64,000 nt of DNA from Nemertoderma westbladi (GCA_032718475.1 JAUCBJ010004851.1:52791-116790), one strand, 5' to 3'; counted from the first letter of the stretch, positions 50,223 through 63,764 are shown. Made by a program: numbers and translations. Notes: generated by a model from the letters alone, not told the origin.

Positions 50223-51430
50223 TGTAAAAGCTTTTGCTGAATTGCCCGGTTATTTTTCCTTATTTTTCCCGTAAAATACTCTGTAGTTGGTTTAATAGGC
50301 GTAAGAGGCCGTATTATTGCTGTATCGGTGTTTTTAGAGGATCTAAGAGCTATTTCTTCCGTATGTGTACTGTGGAAGGCATAGTTGATGATTCTATGGC
50401 AATTCCGTGACGCAAAAGGGGATAGCTACTCTTGAACAGTAGTTACTATGACGACGGTTAACAGCTGATATTCATACGTGTCGATTTTCTTTGTTCTACG
50501 GCATCTCTCAGTTCAGTCAACCAATCAGAGCGTTTTTACTGTTCTTGTACAGAAATTTCCTAGAAATCACGCAATGCTGTATGGGCTGTGTTATCATTCT
50601 GTCCTGAGCCAGGAAGAGCGGCTTTGGAATATTTTGTGCTTTTCTGCTTTAGCCTAACACTAGTAGGCTTAATTATAAGGACATATATCCGTTATCTCAA
50701 CTCACACTTAATATCACACTGGTTATCACTGGTTAACTGGCCCATACTGTGCAACTTAACTTAACATTACTGCTTTGCTGTCGGTTATTCATTATATTTG
50801 TTGATGAATTATTATATTTGGAATAACGAGAAATAACCCCGAAACCCAATATTCTTGATATACCGAAGGTAAGAGAGAAAGGTTACATATAACGATTGCG
50901 ACTTATGTTAAAGTGGTTTGAAGTGAATCTAATGTTATTTGATAGACCCTACATGAGTCGGTCTGTGTTCCTTTTATATGTGACTAAAATCAGTGAAGAT
51001 CGGCAGATTAGTGTGCAGTATTGTGCAGCATTGTGTATGAGTGAGACTGATAACGAAGCATTTCCTAAAGAATGCGCCATATATGTGAATTGTAACTAAG
51101 CCATATCGTTGTGAGTAGTTTAAGTCATAACTCTGTTTATATAGATAGAGCGCCACGTCCTAAAGGAACTGTTAATATTCCCCGAAGGTGAATAATATTG
51201 TCAGAGATTATATAATACTGTCAGTCGAATAATACATTAGGCTTACATAGCAATACGATTAAGCCCTCGAAGTCAATCTCCCGGGTATATCCAACGGGTG
51301 AATGATCGCGCACAGATTGGTTTCAACTAGTGTAGTGAATCAAATACTTGTTAGAGGCTAAAGCGATTTATTATCTAGAAGACATCCTAATTTGGCGGGT
51401 TAAACTGCCAAAGGTCTGAAAGCGCGAACA
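50223..51430 (+). repeat. 5' LTR of copy 2 (1208 bp)
   Basis: TGTAAAAGC...GCGCGAACA, bounded by the TSD. Confidence 0.95.
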
Positions 51431-51444
51431 ATAACGGATATATG
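51431..51444 (+). promoter_or_regulatory. Non-tRNA primer-binding position of copy 2, complementary to the LTR motif at 50682-50695
   Basis: ATAACGGATATATG follows the LTR CA directly and is the exact reverse complement of CATATATCCGTTAT (50682-50695, also 63037-63050). Confidence 0.8.
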
Positions 51445-53615
51445 CTTCTTTATTGCAGTAAGCAATAAAGTTGAAAGTACCGGTCAACCGGTAAACCTGA
51501 ACGGTACTTCTGTAGGTCCGTAGGCCCAACTGTCCTAACCGGTACTTCCCGTATAAGTACATTAGTATTATTCGATTTGATTATTGTATACCGGTAGGCT
51601 GTTTAAGAGATTAGGGACTGTACACCCCTTGTTTCTTTTGGAGCTTACTTATTTCTGTCAGTTTAATTTGTTTGTAGGCCAGTATTGAACAGAAGGCGTG
51701 TAAGCCTGATCATATTGTACAGACAATTTGTAGGCTGGGCTGTTGTCTGATTGCTGTTAAGTCTGAACGGATTGCAGTGTGTGTAGATCACCTGTCCGAT
51801 AAAGAATGGTTAGGAAGTAGGGGCAGCCAAAGCTGTAAGGTAAACCCCCAACTAAAGAATAAGTCTTACTACTGGGTTAGAACGCATACTACCTAATCAT
51901 TTCGGAGTCTGCATGTCCTGTAGTTTATTTAGGCTTGAGAGTAGTCTGCCATCGTTTAGTCTGTACTTTGTTTGTGTAGTCTGTACAGGTAGCGTATAAT
52001 ATTTATTTAGATAATTTGTAGGCTGGATAGTTGTCTGGCTGTTATTAGGTCTGAACGGATTGCAGTGTGTGTAGAGCCTCTGTCCGATAAAGAACGGTTA
52101 GGAAGTAGGGGCAGCCAAAGCTGTAAGGTAAACCCCCAACTAAAGAATAAGTCGTACTACTGGGTTAGAACGCATACTACCTAACCATTTCGGAGTCTAC
52201 ATGTCCTGTAGTTTATTTGGGCTTGATAGTAGTCTGTCAGTGTTTGGTCTGCATTTTGTTTGAGTGGTTTGTACGCGTAGCGTAATATTTATTATTCAGA
52301 GTTTATGCGACTATTCGCAACATTCATTCCCCAAGTTTGTTCCTACAATAATTGTGTTTGTTATACATACCGCTATAGTTAAATTAACCCCGGTACTACA
52401 CGGGCTGCTTGGCGTAGGTAAAGACTGGTGATTTTGTGCACCGGTCACTCCAGCAGATGCCGTGGTTCTTTTAGCTGTTCAAGTATATTTAACTACTGAT
52501 TATATGTTGTACAAGTACTCGTACCTAATTTAGGGTTTAGTGTACAGTGCTTTCCGAAAGTAATTAGTGTAGGCATTATATTTGTGTTGTAAAGTGGTTG
52601 ATAGGCACGTTCGATTAGCTCTATTAACTTCTAGGTAGGAACACTCCGTGATACATAACGTAGTACCTATAGCGATACGGCTATAGGTCGTCAGGCGGTG
52701 GTATTTTCCTATCTGGACAACGCAGTGTATTTACTACTACGTATTATTTTCAAATACCGCAGTACCCTGTCCGTTGTAATAACCAGATTCTAACCCTTTG
52801 TTAGGCTGGTTTGTAGACTTCTTGTAAAATTACCCTGAAAATTCGTATTTTGTGTTTTTGTAAATTTTTGTGTTTATTTAGAGATTGCAATCTCACCCGA
52901 ATTGTACGTAATTTGTAGTATTAAGTAACTTATGTAAATTAGCATTATTTGTTTTAGTGTCCTATAAGTAACACTTCACTGAAAGCGCACCGCTTTGTGT
53001 AGTGATTACTCCCCAGAAATAATAACATTTATTTCAAACATTGACAAAACCCATTAAAACGGGTATATATATATCTTATAAATCAAATCTAACGATTTAT
53101 AAATAGTAGGCCTATCATACAACTATTAGGTCTCAATATCAGTTGGACTACTGCTCAAATAGCGGTAATAAAGTAAGTAAAGTAACCAAGTAACCCTAAA
53201 GTTCAGAAATTCAATTATTTAAAATAATTGATATACCGGTATTTACGATAGGCCTATTATCTTTATTTCTATAAATTTCGGCTGAAATTATACCGGTACT
53301 TGTAATTAATTCTAGTCTAGAATTATATATACTACAAACTGTAAGCTGTATACCAGTATTCCCGATAGGCCTATTATATATTTATATATATTTGTACTAA
53401 AATTATACCGGTATTCTGTGATAAACCTAGTCTGTAATAATACTTATATAGTTATATATACTATAAAAGCATACCGGTATTCTAATATATTATATATATC
53501 ACGCTACACTGAGTAGCAGTATCGGTAATTAATTACTAGGCTAGCAGTTAATACTGAATTACTAGACTTGCTTAGACTGTAATATAGCAGTAGGCATTCA
53601 ACTGTACACATAAAC

Positions 53616-56600
53616 ATGTCTGATACTAAGCAGAACCTGTCAGACAGTTTATTAGATATAACTATCTGCGACTCAGATAGAGGCGTAGAACCGTCTAGTC
53701 GTAAGTTCAGTTCACCTCCCACTGTGAGGAAGGTCATCCCTCCTGTAGTAATAACAGAACCTAGGCTGGTCCAACATCGTAGGTCTATCATAGGCACTCG
53801 AGCTCAGGTCAAGCGGGACCAAGAAGCAGCGGAACAGCAACAACCCGTGAGCCAAGAAATTATTTCTCAGCGGCCCGACAGTTCCAGTAGTGAAGACACT
53901 GTAGAACTGACACCCGAGCGCGGAGCAAGGATGACGGATGCGGTTTATTCGGATCCCCTTCTCATCCTTCCTGCAGCCGTACTCACTAGGTTATTGATCG
54001 CTGTGGAAGAACACCAGATCGATTGGGCGAGAAGTAAGCGCTCAACTAAAGATAGTTATGAGGGATACACAAGGGAAGAACTGAAGTCCATGGTCGAGTC
54101 GCAATGGAACTTCCCCGGACCTGGACTCCCGTTTGATTTATCAGAAGCTGCCTGGGAAGACATACACCGGATGGGAGTAGCCAAGGAAACCATCGATCCA
54201 GCTGTGTGGAAGAGGTCCGCAGCCGGATACGCACAGGGATTCTTCAGCTCTATGGAGCGAGTAGAAAAACAACTGTTACAACAACCTCAAGGACCTCAAG
54301 AGCAGGGACAACTGCTTTATCAAGTTAGAGAAAGAATTCTGCGAATCAGCCGTAACGACTTGGTTTCAATGGGTGAGTCGCCAGGTTCAAGGAACAGCTC
54401 AGTGGAAAGCTCAGCTGGAGGAGCGCTCAACCCATGGAGAATCAACAGACGCTACTTTTTCCCAAGTGGAAAGTGAAGCGACGGCAGAGAAACCGCATAA
54501 GAGAGATGCCATTGACATCTATCTGTCAGACTATCAACGTTTTTTAGGTGATGACGAGTTGAGGAGAAGGTTAGATGGACTTAGCCCTAATAGCGAAGGA
54601 ACTCAGCGTGTGTTGGATGCCATCGATGTGGAAATGAGGGCTGCGAATCAGGCTAAATTTGATGAACAACTCCGCCTGACACGAGTCCAAGAAGAACAAG
54701 TAAAGAAAAAACGTATAGAAGACAGAAAGAAAGCAGCAGTGGTAGCTGCAGAAGCAGAAAGAAAAGCGGCAGCGGCAGAAGCAGCGGCAGAGGCAAAAGC
54801 GGCAGCGGCAGCGGCAGAAGCAAAAGCGGCCGAAGCTGAAAGAAAGGCGGCAGAGGCAGTGGCAGAAGCAGAACGGAGAGCGACTGAAGAAACCACCCAA
54901 TTATAATTGGAAAACATTCAGGAGAATCAAGACTGCATAAATAAACAGTTAACAGCTAGTAATATGCAGATGATGAATCGATCTACTCCCAAAAGACAGG
55001 GATATACATCATCTGAGGAAGGCGATACCACCGATACTGAAGGCAAAGGAAATAGATCTCGTCTAAGCAGACGTAGAAGAACATCCCACCGTCAGAAATT
55101 GCCTGATTTGCCTCCAGCTGTTAGAAGGCAACTAAATAACACCAACTTAGGTAGTACAGAGCCCACAGACCAAATAATTAAAATAGAAAGACTCCCTACT
55201 ATAGTAGATGAGCCTGAAATAATTAGGCCTGTTTTTGAAATCACCCCTTCGGTGATAGACACACCTGTGCTCCCTGAAGCTACCTCTAAATTCCCTCTGC
55301 ATAGCACTAAGCTACCTGTGCCCAGTAGAACTGCCCAGGAGACAGTTCAGGTCCTGGACCCCGAGCGAAATATTCATGATTTGTCGCCCGTTGTCCCGCG
55401 TCCGCCCGCTACAACGTTGGCGACTCCCGCTTCGGCGGTCGAATGGGTGGACGAGAGACGGCGGGGGATGGATCTCCTGCTCGGGCAGATGCAGGAGACT
55501 GTTCAGCAATTCAAGGGCACAGTAAGGGAAAGTAGGCTAGAGTTGCAAGAAGTGCAGCAAAGTATCGCGCTAGAACGCGATAAATTAGTAAATACACAAA
55601 GGGGTATACCACCACCCTCGGTAACAATGTGTCAACCTGTTAGGTCTGAAGTATCTCATGCGCAAGGTGTGGAGCCTACACGCATATATACTGCTAGCGA
55701 AGTAGAAACTCCTATAGTGAACCCTATTAAGGGTAATTATAGACCTGTTGATAATGACATTCCCTATAGACCTGATCATAATCCGAGAAATTTATATACC
55801 GATAACTCGATATTAAATAACACGATGGCCCAAGAAAGTTTTACGCGTCAAATGGCTAGAACCGAAGCCCGGCAAGCGGTGAAGGTGGGAGAGATCGTCA
55901 AGTTCAATGGAGATGAGATGAAATGGTTACCTTTTAATGAATATTACAAAGATAACATACAGAACTCTGTACTATCTAATGGAGAGAAACTTAGATTCCT
56001 CATCGAGTGCTTGGAAGGATCTCCCAAGTTAATGGCGTTAAAGTTTATTGGACATCCAGACGGATTAAGACAAGTTTGGGATACACTAAACATCAGGTAT
56101 GGTAATAGGAATAATATAGCTGGGTATTTGTATGCAAAGTTAGTAGCGCCCCGAAAGTTTATTAGCAGCGGGATTATAGAGTTTTCCGATGAGATTCAGG
56201 AGATCTGCAGACAATTAGATTGGCTAGGTAAGTCTCATGAGTATCAGAGTGCTATGGTTATTAGAGCAGTGGCTTCTACTTTACCGAAGGGTGGAGTAGG
56301 TACACGCTGGGATAAGAAAGTGTTATATATGATGGAACAACAACGACAAGACCCTACCATGGCTGATCTCATGTCATTCTTAGATGGAGAAGTGAAATTA
56401 CAGCTCCTAAGGCAGTCCAGAGAGAAGACACTGGAAAACAAGGTAAGTGAGAAACCCGTTTCTAGGAGAAGGGTAACACCAGTGTGTTATACAGACGACG
56501 GCGAAAGCCAGACTTCTCAAGGAGAGGATAGCGGGAAAGACACTGAAAGATCTTATGTCAATAAAACGCCTAAAGACCAGGTAAGTAAATTCAAGTCTCG

Positions 56601-58473
56601 AACCAATGACAGGAGAGAACAGGTAAGAAAAACTCCTCCTACGTCTCCCAAGAGAATTCAGGTGAGAAAGCCCAAGGAAAGAACGAACGTGCACCACACA
56701 GCACATGTTAAAGTAAGTAACATCAAGCCCAAATGTGTGCTGTGCGACGGGCCCCACCGTTTAAATGCGTGTGATAAATTCTTAAAGAAATCATTAAAAG
56801 AGAGACGGGAAGTCATGTGGGATAAGCGGTTGTGTTATAATTGCCTCAGACGAGGACACCAACGGCGAACCTGTTACTCCGACGCAAGGTGTGCAAAGTG
56901 CGGTGCGAAACATCATATCTTGTTGCACACTGAATTCGAGCGAAATAGTCCGAGTCAGGTGAGTGATTCCGAACTACATGTCCAATTCAGTGATGTGAAC
57001 GACACTGATCAATCTGAGATGGAAGGATTCTATACGGACGAATTCTCTGACCAAAACGAATCCTGTTACTTAATAAACACCACCGCAGTGTATCGAGCAC
57101 TCATGTATGAGAAAGACACAGACAGCGACCTCACCCTAACTACTTCAGATCAACAACAATCTTGGAAAGCGCCAACTTCAAATGTAGGAATCCGAGAATT
57201 TCCTGTAGTCCAGTTACGGGTCCACGGACCTCAGAAGAGCTATATAGTGAACGCCCTCCTGGACTCCGGCAGCACAGGAACATTCATCGATAAAGAACTA
57301 GCCGAAGACATCTTTGCTGGACAACCCAAGTTCCGAACCAAGCTAAACATGTCAGGGATCATGCAGGTTTGGAAATCTGCTGTGGCTGCCGACTATTATA
57401 TAGGTGAGTTGTCCACTCCACAGGATAAACTAGGAGAACACAGTATAAGGTCAGTCAAAATGGTGGCAATAAAGATCTTCGCTACCACCCAAGTGGAACC
57501 TTATAATTGGGACGAAGATGATCATGCCCAACAACTTAACATTCCTAGATTCGACACCGATTATCCTGGAGTACAAATATTAATCGGTCAAAACGCGCAT
57601 GAGGCGCTGGAGACATTGGAGAAACGACCTGCTCAACCGCAACCACTTCAGACCTATGCGGTAAGAACTAGAGTAGGTTGGTACCTTACTGGACCTTCCC
57701 GAAGAACGCTCAGAGAAAGACTGCTTCAAGATCGCGTCTGCCAGGTGAGTGAATGGGAAGATGATACTAGTGAGGGAGACGACCCAACTGAGGGAACACC
57801 ATACTCCTCAGATAATGACGATATTAGCTCCAATGTAGATCAATGGAGATATTGCCCCAAGAAGTTTAATCCAACTGACATCGCTTCCAGAGGAGCAACT
57901 CCTCAAGAACTGACAGATACTACAGACCGGTTAGGTGAACCCGACTTCCTGAGTAAGGAGGATGAATGGCCTCCCCATCTTACTCCGACTGAGATTAGAC
58001 CAGCCAAGGGAGCGGAGAAAGTCAAACCTAAAACCCGGACGGGTGGATCGGAGTTATTTGAACCCGGGATAGATCTGTCGGTATTACATATTGCCAGGGA
58101 CGACGCCGTGGATCTGGACCTCCCCACCGCGAGTGGATCCTTCATGAAGATCAGAGAGAGCGATTGGAGCTCTGGAACATCAGACGTCTCGCAGGGACTC
58201 TCACCTCTCCTGCAGGGAGCGACGGACCACTATAGCTCCTGGAATCGGCTTTGTAAGGCCGTCGTGTACCTAGAGCGATGTTTCTATCGTCACTATTCCA
58301 GGACGAAGAGGAAACCTGGAATTGTATTCGGGATGCAGCGACTCAATCACCCAGTCGGTCGTTTGTGTTTACCGGAAGGGAATGGAGGACTCTCCGGAAA
58401 CTGTGGAAGGCAAGATTCTCTTCCCACGACCACCTCCCTAATCCTTCAAACATCTAGGGACTCCATAACGTAA
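53616..58473 (+). pseudogene. gag-protease of copy 2, with RT/RNase H and integrase deleted
   Basis: One frameshift (about 54350) and one stop (54904), then a 1188-aa ORF with BEL gag, three Cys-His boxes (CVLCDGPH..C, CYNCLRRGH..C, CAKCGAKHHILLH) and ALLDSGS. Relative to copy 1 it jumps at about 57823 and about 58308. Confidence 0.92.
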
Positions 58474-60083
58474 CAACATATGGAGTGGGTGTGTGACTCT
58501 ATTATTTTGTATTTGTTTTATTTTTATATTTATGTATGTATTATTATGTAATTTTATTTTAATCGTTTTATTTAATTTTATTTAGTAGTGTGGTATTTTA
58601 GAGATTATTTAGTAGATTAGTGCAATATATATTCGCGTTTATTACTTAATTACGTATATATTATATTTAGTGCGACGGCAAGAAATAATTCTTTTCCTCC
58701 TTCCTTACTGTCCGTATTATATTATAAATACGTAACTACAGTAAGATGAAATGTCCGTACTTATTAAAGTACAATAAAGCCACTACTATATTTAAGTATT
58801 ATTGGTAGGCAGAGTATTAGGAATGCAAAGTTCAGATCCTCGTGTCTCGGCTAAACCAAGCTCTGGGTAGACCTTGGAAACGACTTGCCTCTTCACACTG
58901 ACATTGCTTCGTGCGATATTGCTCTCATACCGTATATTAAATAATACATATAGTAGCGTGATGTCCCTTTAACAGTAGCGTATAACGCAAAATAAATCTG
59001 TTAAACCCTTTGACCATCTGTAATTCTAGTCGATTAAGATATCGCGGCACCCACCGATATACTTGAAAGACAAATTCTAGAATCAGTGGTTAACGTCCCC
59101 AGACAAGTTCTGGAATAAATTGGTGCCCATCTCAAATATTAATTATTTAATATTTGCAAATCTAATAAATCAAAATCTGTAAAATTCAGATCCTTCAACA
59201 ATTCTAGTCAATTAAGATATCGTAGCATTTACCGATATTCTTAAAAAGACAATTTTCATAGAATTAAGGATCTTGTGTCCCCAGACATGTTATAGAATCA
59301 AAATATGTCAATTTAATTATCAAATAATAAAATTTCAGGGAATAAATTTAAATTCATGCCTTTTAATGAATTTAATAAATTGCCATTTTTACGCAATTTA
59401 TAACATTCCCAAAATTCCATTAATTAATAGATCAAGGGAGCGGAGATTTATCTTATTATGCGTATGAGTGTGCGAAAGTCTCCCAAACATAGTCAATAGC
59501 CGATAAAATTCATAAAGCCATGTATAAAACAGGACATTGACCATTAAAGAATTACTATTAAATAACATCCCAGATCTGTATGCATTGGAATTACCCTAAT
59601 TCTACCGCTAGCTTTGCATAATGTCACCATAGCAACAACCACGCTAGAATTAGAATTGAGTTAAAAGAACAATAGAAAGCTTGTCCCATTGAATAGCATA
59701 GGGAATAAATAGCGCACTGCTAGTATCCAAGGATACATGATAATAACGTGACATTCTGGAAGGCACTGACTAACGGACAAGTGACCCGAGTGTGTGTAAT
59801 TTGTGAGTTTATAGGCGAATGTTACTACTAAGGTGTGTTTACAGTAGCGAGTCGCAATTGTGAAAGTAACCCTAACTCTCCAGTAAGAACCTGAGGTGTA
59901 TCTAAGCCTTTGGGACGGACAGTCGAGTGACTTGTGCCGGTTGTCGTTGTCGTTGTGCGGCTACGTCGTTGGCGAAAGTACAGCGGCGACGACACATCTG
60001 CGCTGAGGATCTCGCACTGTCCGGGGGCTGATTGGGGTAGGCAGCGACGCTCGCTAGCCTAAATATAAACTCGTTATAATATT

Positions 60084-61147
60084 AACAAGCTGGCAAGCCT
60101 GGAGGGTTCACGGTCCTCCTACTTAATCAGTACAATAATAATACGTTTTCGTTCGGGTAGGCCTATGTTTCCTTTTCACTTGTTCCCATCGTAGGCGACC
60201 TCATGCTCATCCCACCACGACCACGACCACCAGTTACGAGTTGGGTAGGCGTCTACCGGCAACCGGTAAGTAATTACGCGCCACACGACGTCATCCCGCC
60301 ATCCGCCAACATTTATACCGGTACGGTAAGCCTACCACCTACCGGCTGGCTACCATCGCACCGTAGGTCTACCGCCTACGCCTACCGGTCAACCGGTAAC
60401 GGTAGGCTACCGCGTACCGGTACAGCGGTACTCAAAGTCGTACCGGTATTGTCGTAATTGACAAATGCAGGATTAAACCGTAACCCGTTCCGGTACCGGT
60501 ACCATATGCATCTGAACGACTGGACGGTTAATCTCATAGCATAGCTGCATAGGCCTACCGGTAGTCAGTGCGAAGTCGCCTGCGAACATGGCGAAATATT
60601 ATATTCACTGCTAGGGCTAGGCTAGGACCTACCAGCCTACTGCTGTACTGACCTATGACAGTATGAAGATAGGCAGATAGGCCTACAGTGGTCAGGTAGT
60701 ACCGGTCCGGTATGCCTACTACAGGCAGACAATCAGACAGTACTAGCAGTGCTAATTAATTACCTTAATTAAATCTTCAATTAGGTCATAATGTAGGTCC
60801 AAATTTAAAAATCGGCCTCCGTTAATCGATTTAGAAATAATTCAGGTACCTCCATGCCAAATATCAGAATCATTCATTGCGTTCCCTATGACAAGATAGC
60901 TTTTTCCTAAACCATGCGAAAACACGCAAATATAGCGCTCACATCGCACAAATACCATCTCGACACCCAATTTTTTGTATGAGCCTTCGCCATCCCTATA
61001 TCTAACTTTTGTCCAAATTTTGTTTCGATTGATTAATAAATAACTGAGATATCGCTCTGGACACACACACACACACACTAACACACACACACACACACAC
61101 ACACACATTACGGTAATAATGGTCACTTATGTCAAAGACCGTGAACC
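60084..61147. mobile_element. Helentron-associated (HINE/DINE-like) non-autonomous insertion
   Basis: Absent from copy 1. Subterminal GGTTCACGGTC (60105-60115) is inverted to terminal GACCGTGAACC (61137-61147), with a (CA)n microsatellite near the end and AT-rich flanks. Confidence 0.6.
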
Positions 61148-61169
61148 AATAAACTCATATATAGCAGAT

Positions 61170-62498
61170 ATGACGGAGTTGATAGAAGCTGGTCTTGGTA
61201 TCAGGGAGCGATATACTCTACTTTCAAGCGTTTGTTGATAGCTTGATACGCGGTGATACTAGTCCAACTACTACGAAGGATGATGGTCATTATATCGAAC
61301 CTACGATTTCCTGGAAGTAACTTACGCGTGAATTGGACTATGGAAAATTCACCGCTCGCTACACGCATTGTAATGGTATGTATATGGACTTCTTAACCAT
61401 TGGCCATTCTATCGATTTACACGATACGGACTATGTCGAACATATCCTACCCAGAGGAGTCGAAACGATAAACCAAAATTCTAATGCGAAAATCCTATTC
61501 GAAATCGACTCGAAAGAAAAGACATTAAAGAAACAAATAAACGCGGTAACTCCAACATATATTTGGAATTCTTGATAGAAGCATTGTAACAACAAATAAA
61601 TATCACCCGCGTTTCTCCTTCAAGACGTGCGTCTTTGGTATTATTACGATAAATGCCCTAGACCCAGCCAATAAACGGAAAGACATAAACATCCACGGAA
61701 ACGTTGTGTTAAACACAGTTGTGTTCGTTATATTTACTGGAGTTTCGAGCGAAACTTGTTTGACGTATCACCTATGCTCACTCGGCTCGAACGATCCTGG
61801 AGTAAACCTACGATCAGAGTCCCGGAATACTCGGTCAAACCTCCTCATTCCTTAGTTGGACCTCAGACCTGCGATCCTGGTGGTGTCGCGGATCCTCGCG
61901 GACTGTATTCACTGTTCAAAGATCTAGTGCTACCCTAACAATTAATCGGTAACACTCCGACAGTGATTTCTAGCTAGCCGCCCATCTTACCTAGCCGGAT
62001 TGTGACGCGGACACCTAATATCACTATCCAACCGTATGGTCGTCCCCGTTTAACGCGATACAACCCTTCATCAAGGTGAAGGAGAGCGTTGTACGAAACG
62101 AGTTAAACGCTATTCTATAAAGATCAAAAAAGAAATCTGCGTTTGTTCAGATAAACGTAAGTTATAACAGTAAGTCCAATCGATAAACGAATTAGCCTTA
62201 TCTCAGTTCGATTGGGAAATCTCGAATCTCTAAGAAGATATCAAGCTTAGAAAACCCTATTCTCTGTGAGAGTTTTGGACGAACGTATCCCATGACAAGC
62301 GGAGGAAAATCAGCTCGAGGAGAAGCATATCGAACTGGACGAGACACCGACCGTAAACCCAAACCTTCTAATGCAATTGTATTGCACCCTTTACCCAGGA
62401 GTTATAGCCTTCCTAGTAAAGTGGCTCGCCCCAAAGAGAAAAGGACTCTGGCTAGCCTCGGGAAACTGCGTAAACGCCGTCCGCGCAAAGAAAACTAA
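61170..62498 (+). pseudogene. Heavily decayed and deleted ORF2 of copy 2 (exonuclease and knuckles missing)
   Basis: Homologous to 12135-10760 and then directly to 8050-7891 of copy 1 (KFTARYTH, FDVSP, KPSNAIVLHP..KLRKRR). Confidence 0.85.
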
Positions 62499-62576
62499 CT
62501 GTTTAGAGTATCTTTATGTTTTAGAAACTGTGATTTTTATATTTTATAGACTGAAAATCCCATTTTCTGGGAGCGG

Positions 62577-63764
62577 TGTAAAAGCTTTTGCTGAATTGCC
62601 CGGTTATTTTTCCTTATTTTTCCCGTAAAATACTCTGTAGTTGGTTTAATAGGCGTAAGAGGCCGTATTATTGCTGTATCGGTGTTTTTAGAGGATCTAA
62701 GAGCTATTTCTTCCGTATGTGTACTGTGGAAGGCATAGTTGATGATTCTATGGCAATTCCGTGACGCAAAAGGGGATAGCTACTCTTGAACAGTAGTTAC
62801 TATGACGACGGTTAACAGCTGATATTCATACGTGTCGACTTTCTTTGTTCTACGGCATCTCTCAGTTCAGTCAACCAATCAGAGCGTTTTTACTGTTCTT
62901 GTACAGAAATTTCCTAGAAATCACGCAATGCTGTATGGGCAGTGTTTACATTCTGTCCTGAGCCAGGAGAGAGCGGCTTTGGAATATTTTGTGCTTTTCT
63001 GCTTTAGCCTAACACTAGTAGGCTTAATTATAAGGACATATATCCGTTATCACTGGTTATCACTGGTTAACTGGCCCATACTGTGCAACTTAACTTAACA
63101 TTACTGCTTTGCTGTCGGTTATTCATTATATTTGTTGATGAATTATTATATTTGGGATAACGAGAAATAACCCCGAAACCCAATATTCTTGATATACCGA
63201 AGGTAAGAGAGAAAGGTTACATATAACGATTGCGACTTATGTTAAAGTGGTTTGAAGTGAATCTAATGTTATTTGATAGACCCTACATGAGTCGGTCTGT
63301 GTTCCTTTTATATGTGACTAAAATCAGTGAAGATCGGCAGATTAGTGTGCAGTATTGTGCAGCATTGTGTATGAGTGAGACTGATAACGAAGCATTTCCT
63401 AAAGAATGCGCCATATATGTGAATTGTAACTAAGCCATATCGTTGTGAGTAGTTTAAGTCATAACTCTGTTTATATAGATAGAGCGCCACGTCCTAAAGG
63501 AACTGTTAATATTCCCCGAAGGTGAATAATATTGTCAGAGATTATATAATACTGTCAGTCGAATAATACATTAGGCTTACATAGCAATACGATTAAGCCC
63601 TCGAAGTCAATCTCCCGGGTATATCCTACGGGTGAATGATCGCGCACAGATTGGTTTCAACTAGTGTAGTGAATCAAATACTTGTTAGAGGCTAAAGCGA
63701 TTTATTATCTAGAAGACATCCTAATTTGGCGGGTTAAACTGCCAAAGGTCTGAAAGCGCGAACA
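62577..63764 (+). repeat. 3' LTR of copy 2 (1188 bp)
   Basis: Follows GGGAGCGG, ends GCGCGAACA before the CCATT TSD, and differs from the 5' LTR by an indel of about 20 bp and a few substitutions. Confidence 0.95.

Larger units (their letters stand above)
50223..63764 (+). mobile_element. BEL/Pao LTR retrotransposon copy 2, internally deleted (non-autonomous)
   Basis: Near-identical LTRs with TG..CA ends, 5-bp TSD CCATT (50218-50222 and 63765-63769), collinear with copy 1. Confidence 0.96.

Noticed and set aside
50896-51156. Small ORFs repeated at 63230-63490, 7473-7679 and 26818-27024
   Set aside because: They recur only because they lie in LTRs, are not conserved between the two LTR types, and have no motifs.
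51431-51460. Canonical tRNA PBS for the BEL elements
   Set aside because: No TGG (complement of tRNA CCA) follows the TSD-defined LTR end in either copy.
58835-58848. HDV-like ribozyme (AGA-TCCTCGTG-TCT resembles P3/L3)
   Set aside because: No matching P1 strand followed by GG could be placed after P3.
60842-61126. CV-repeat ORF
   Set aside because: Translation of a (CA)n microsatellite.
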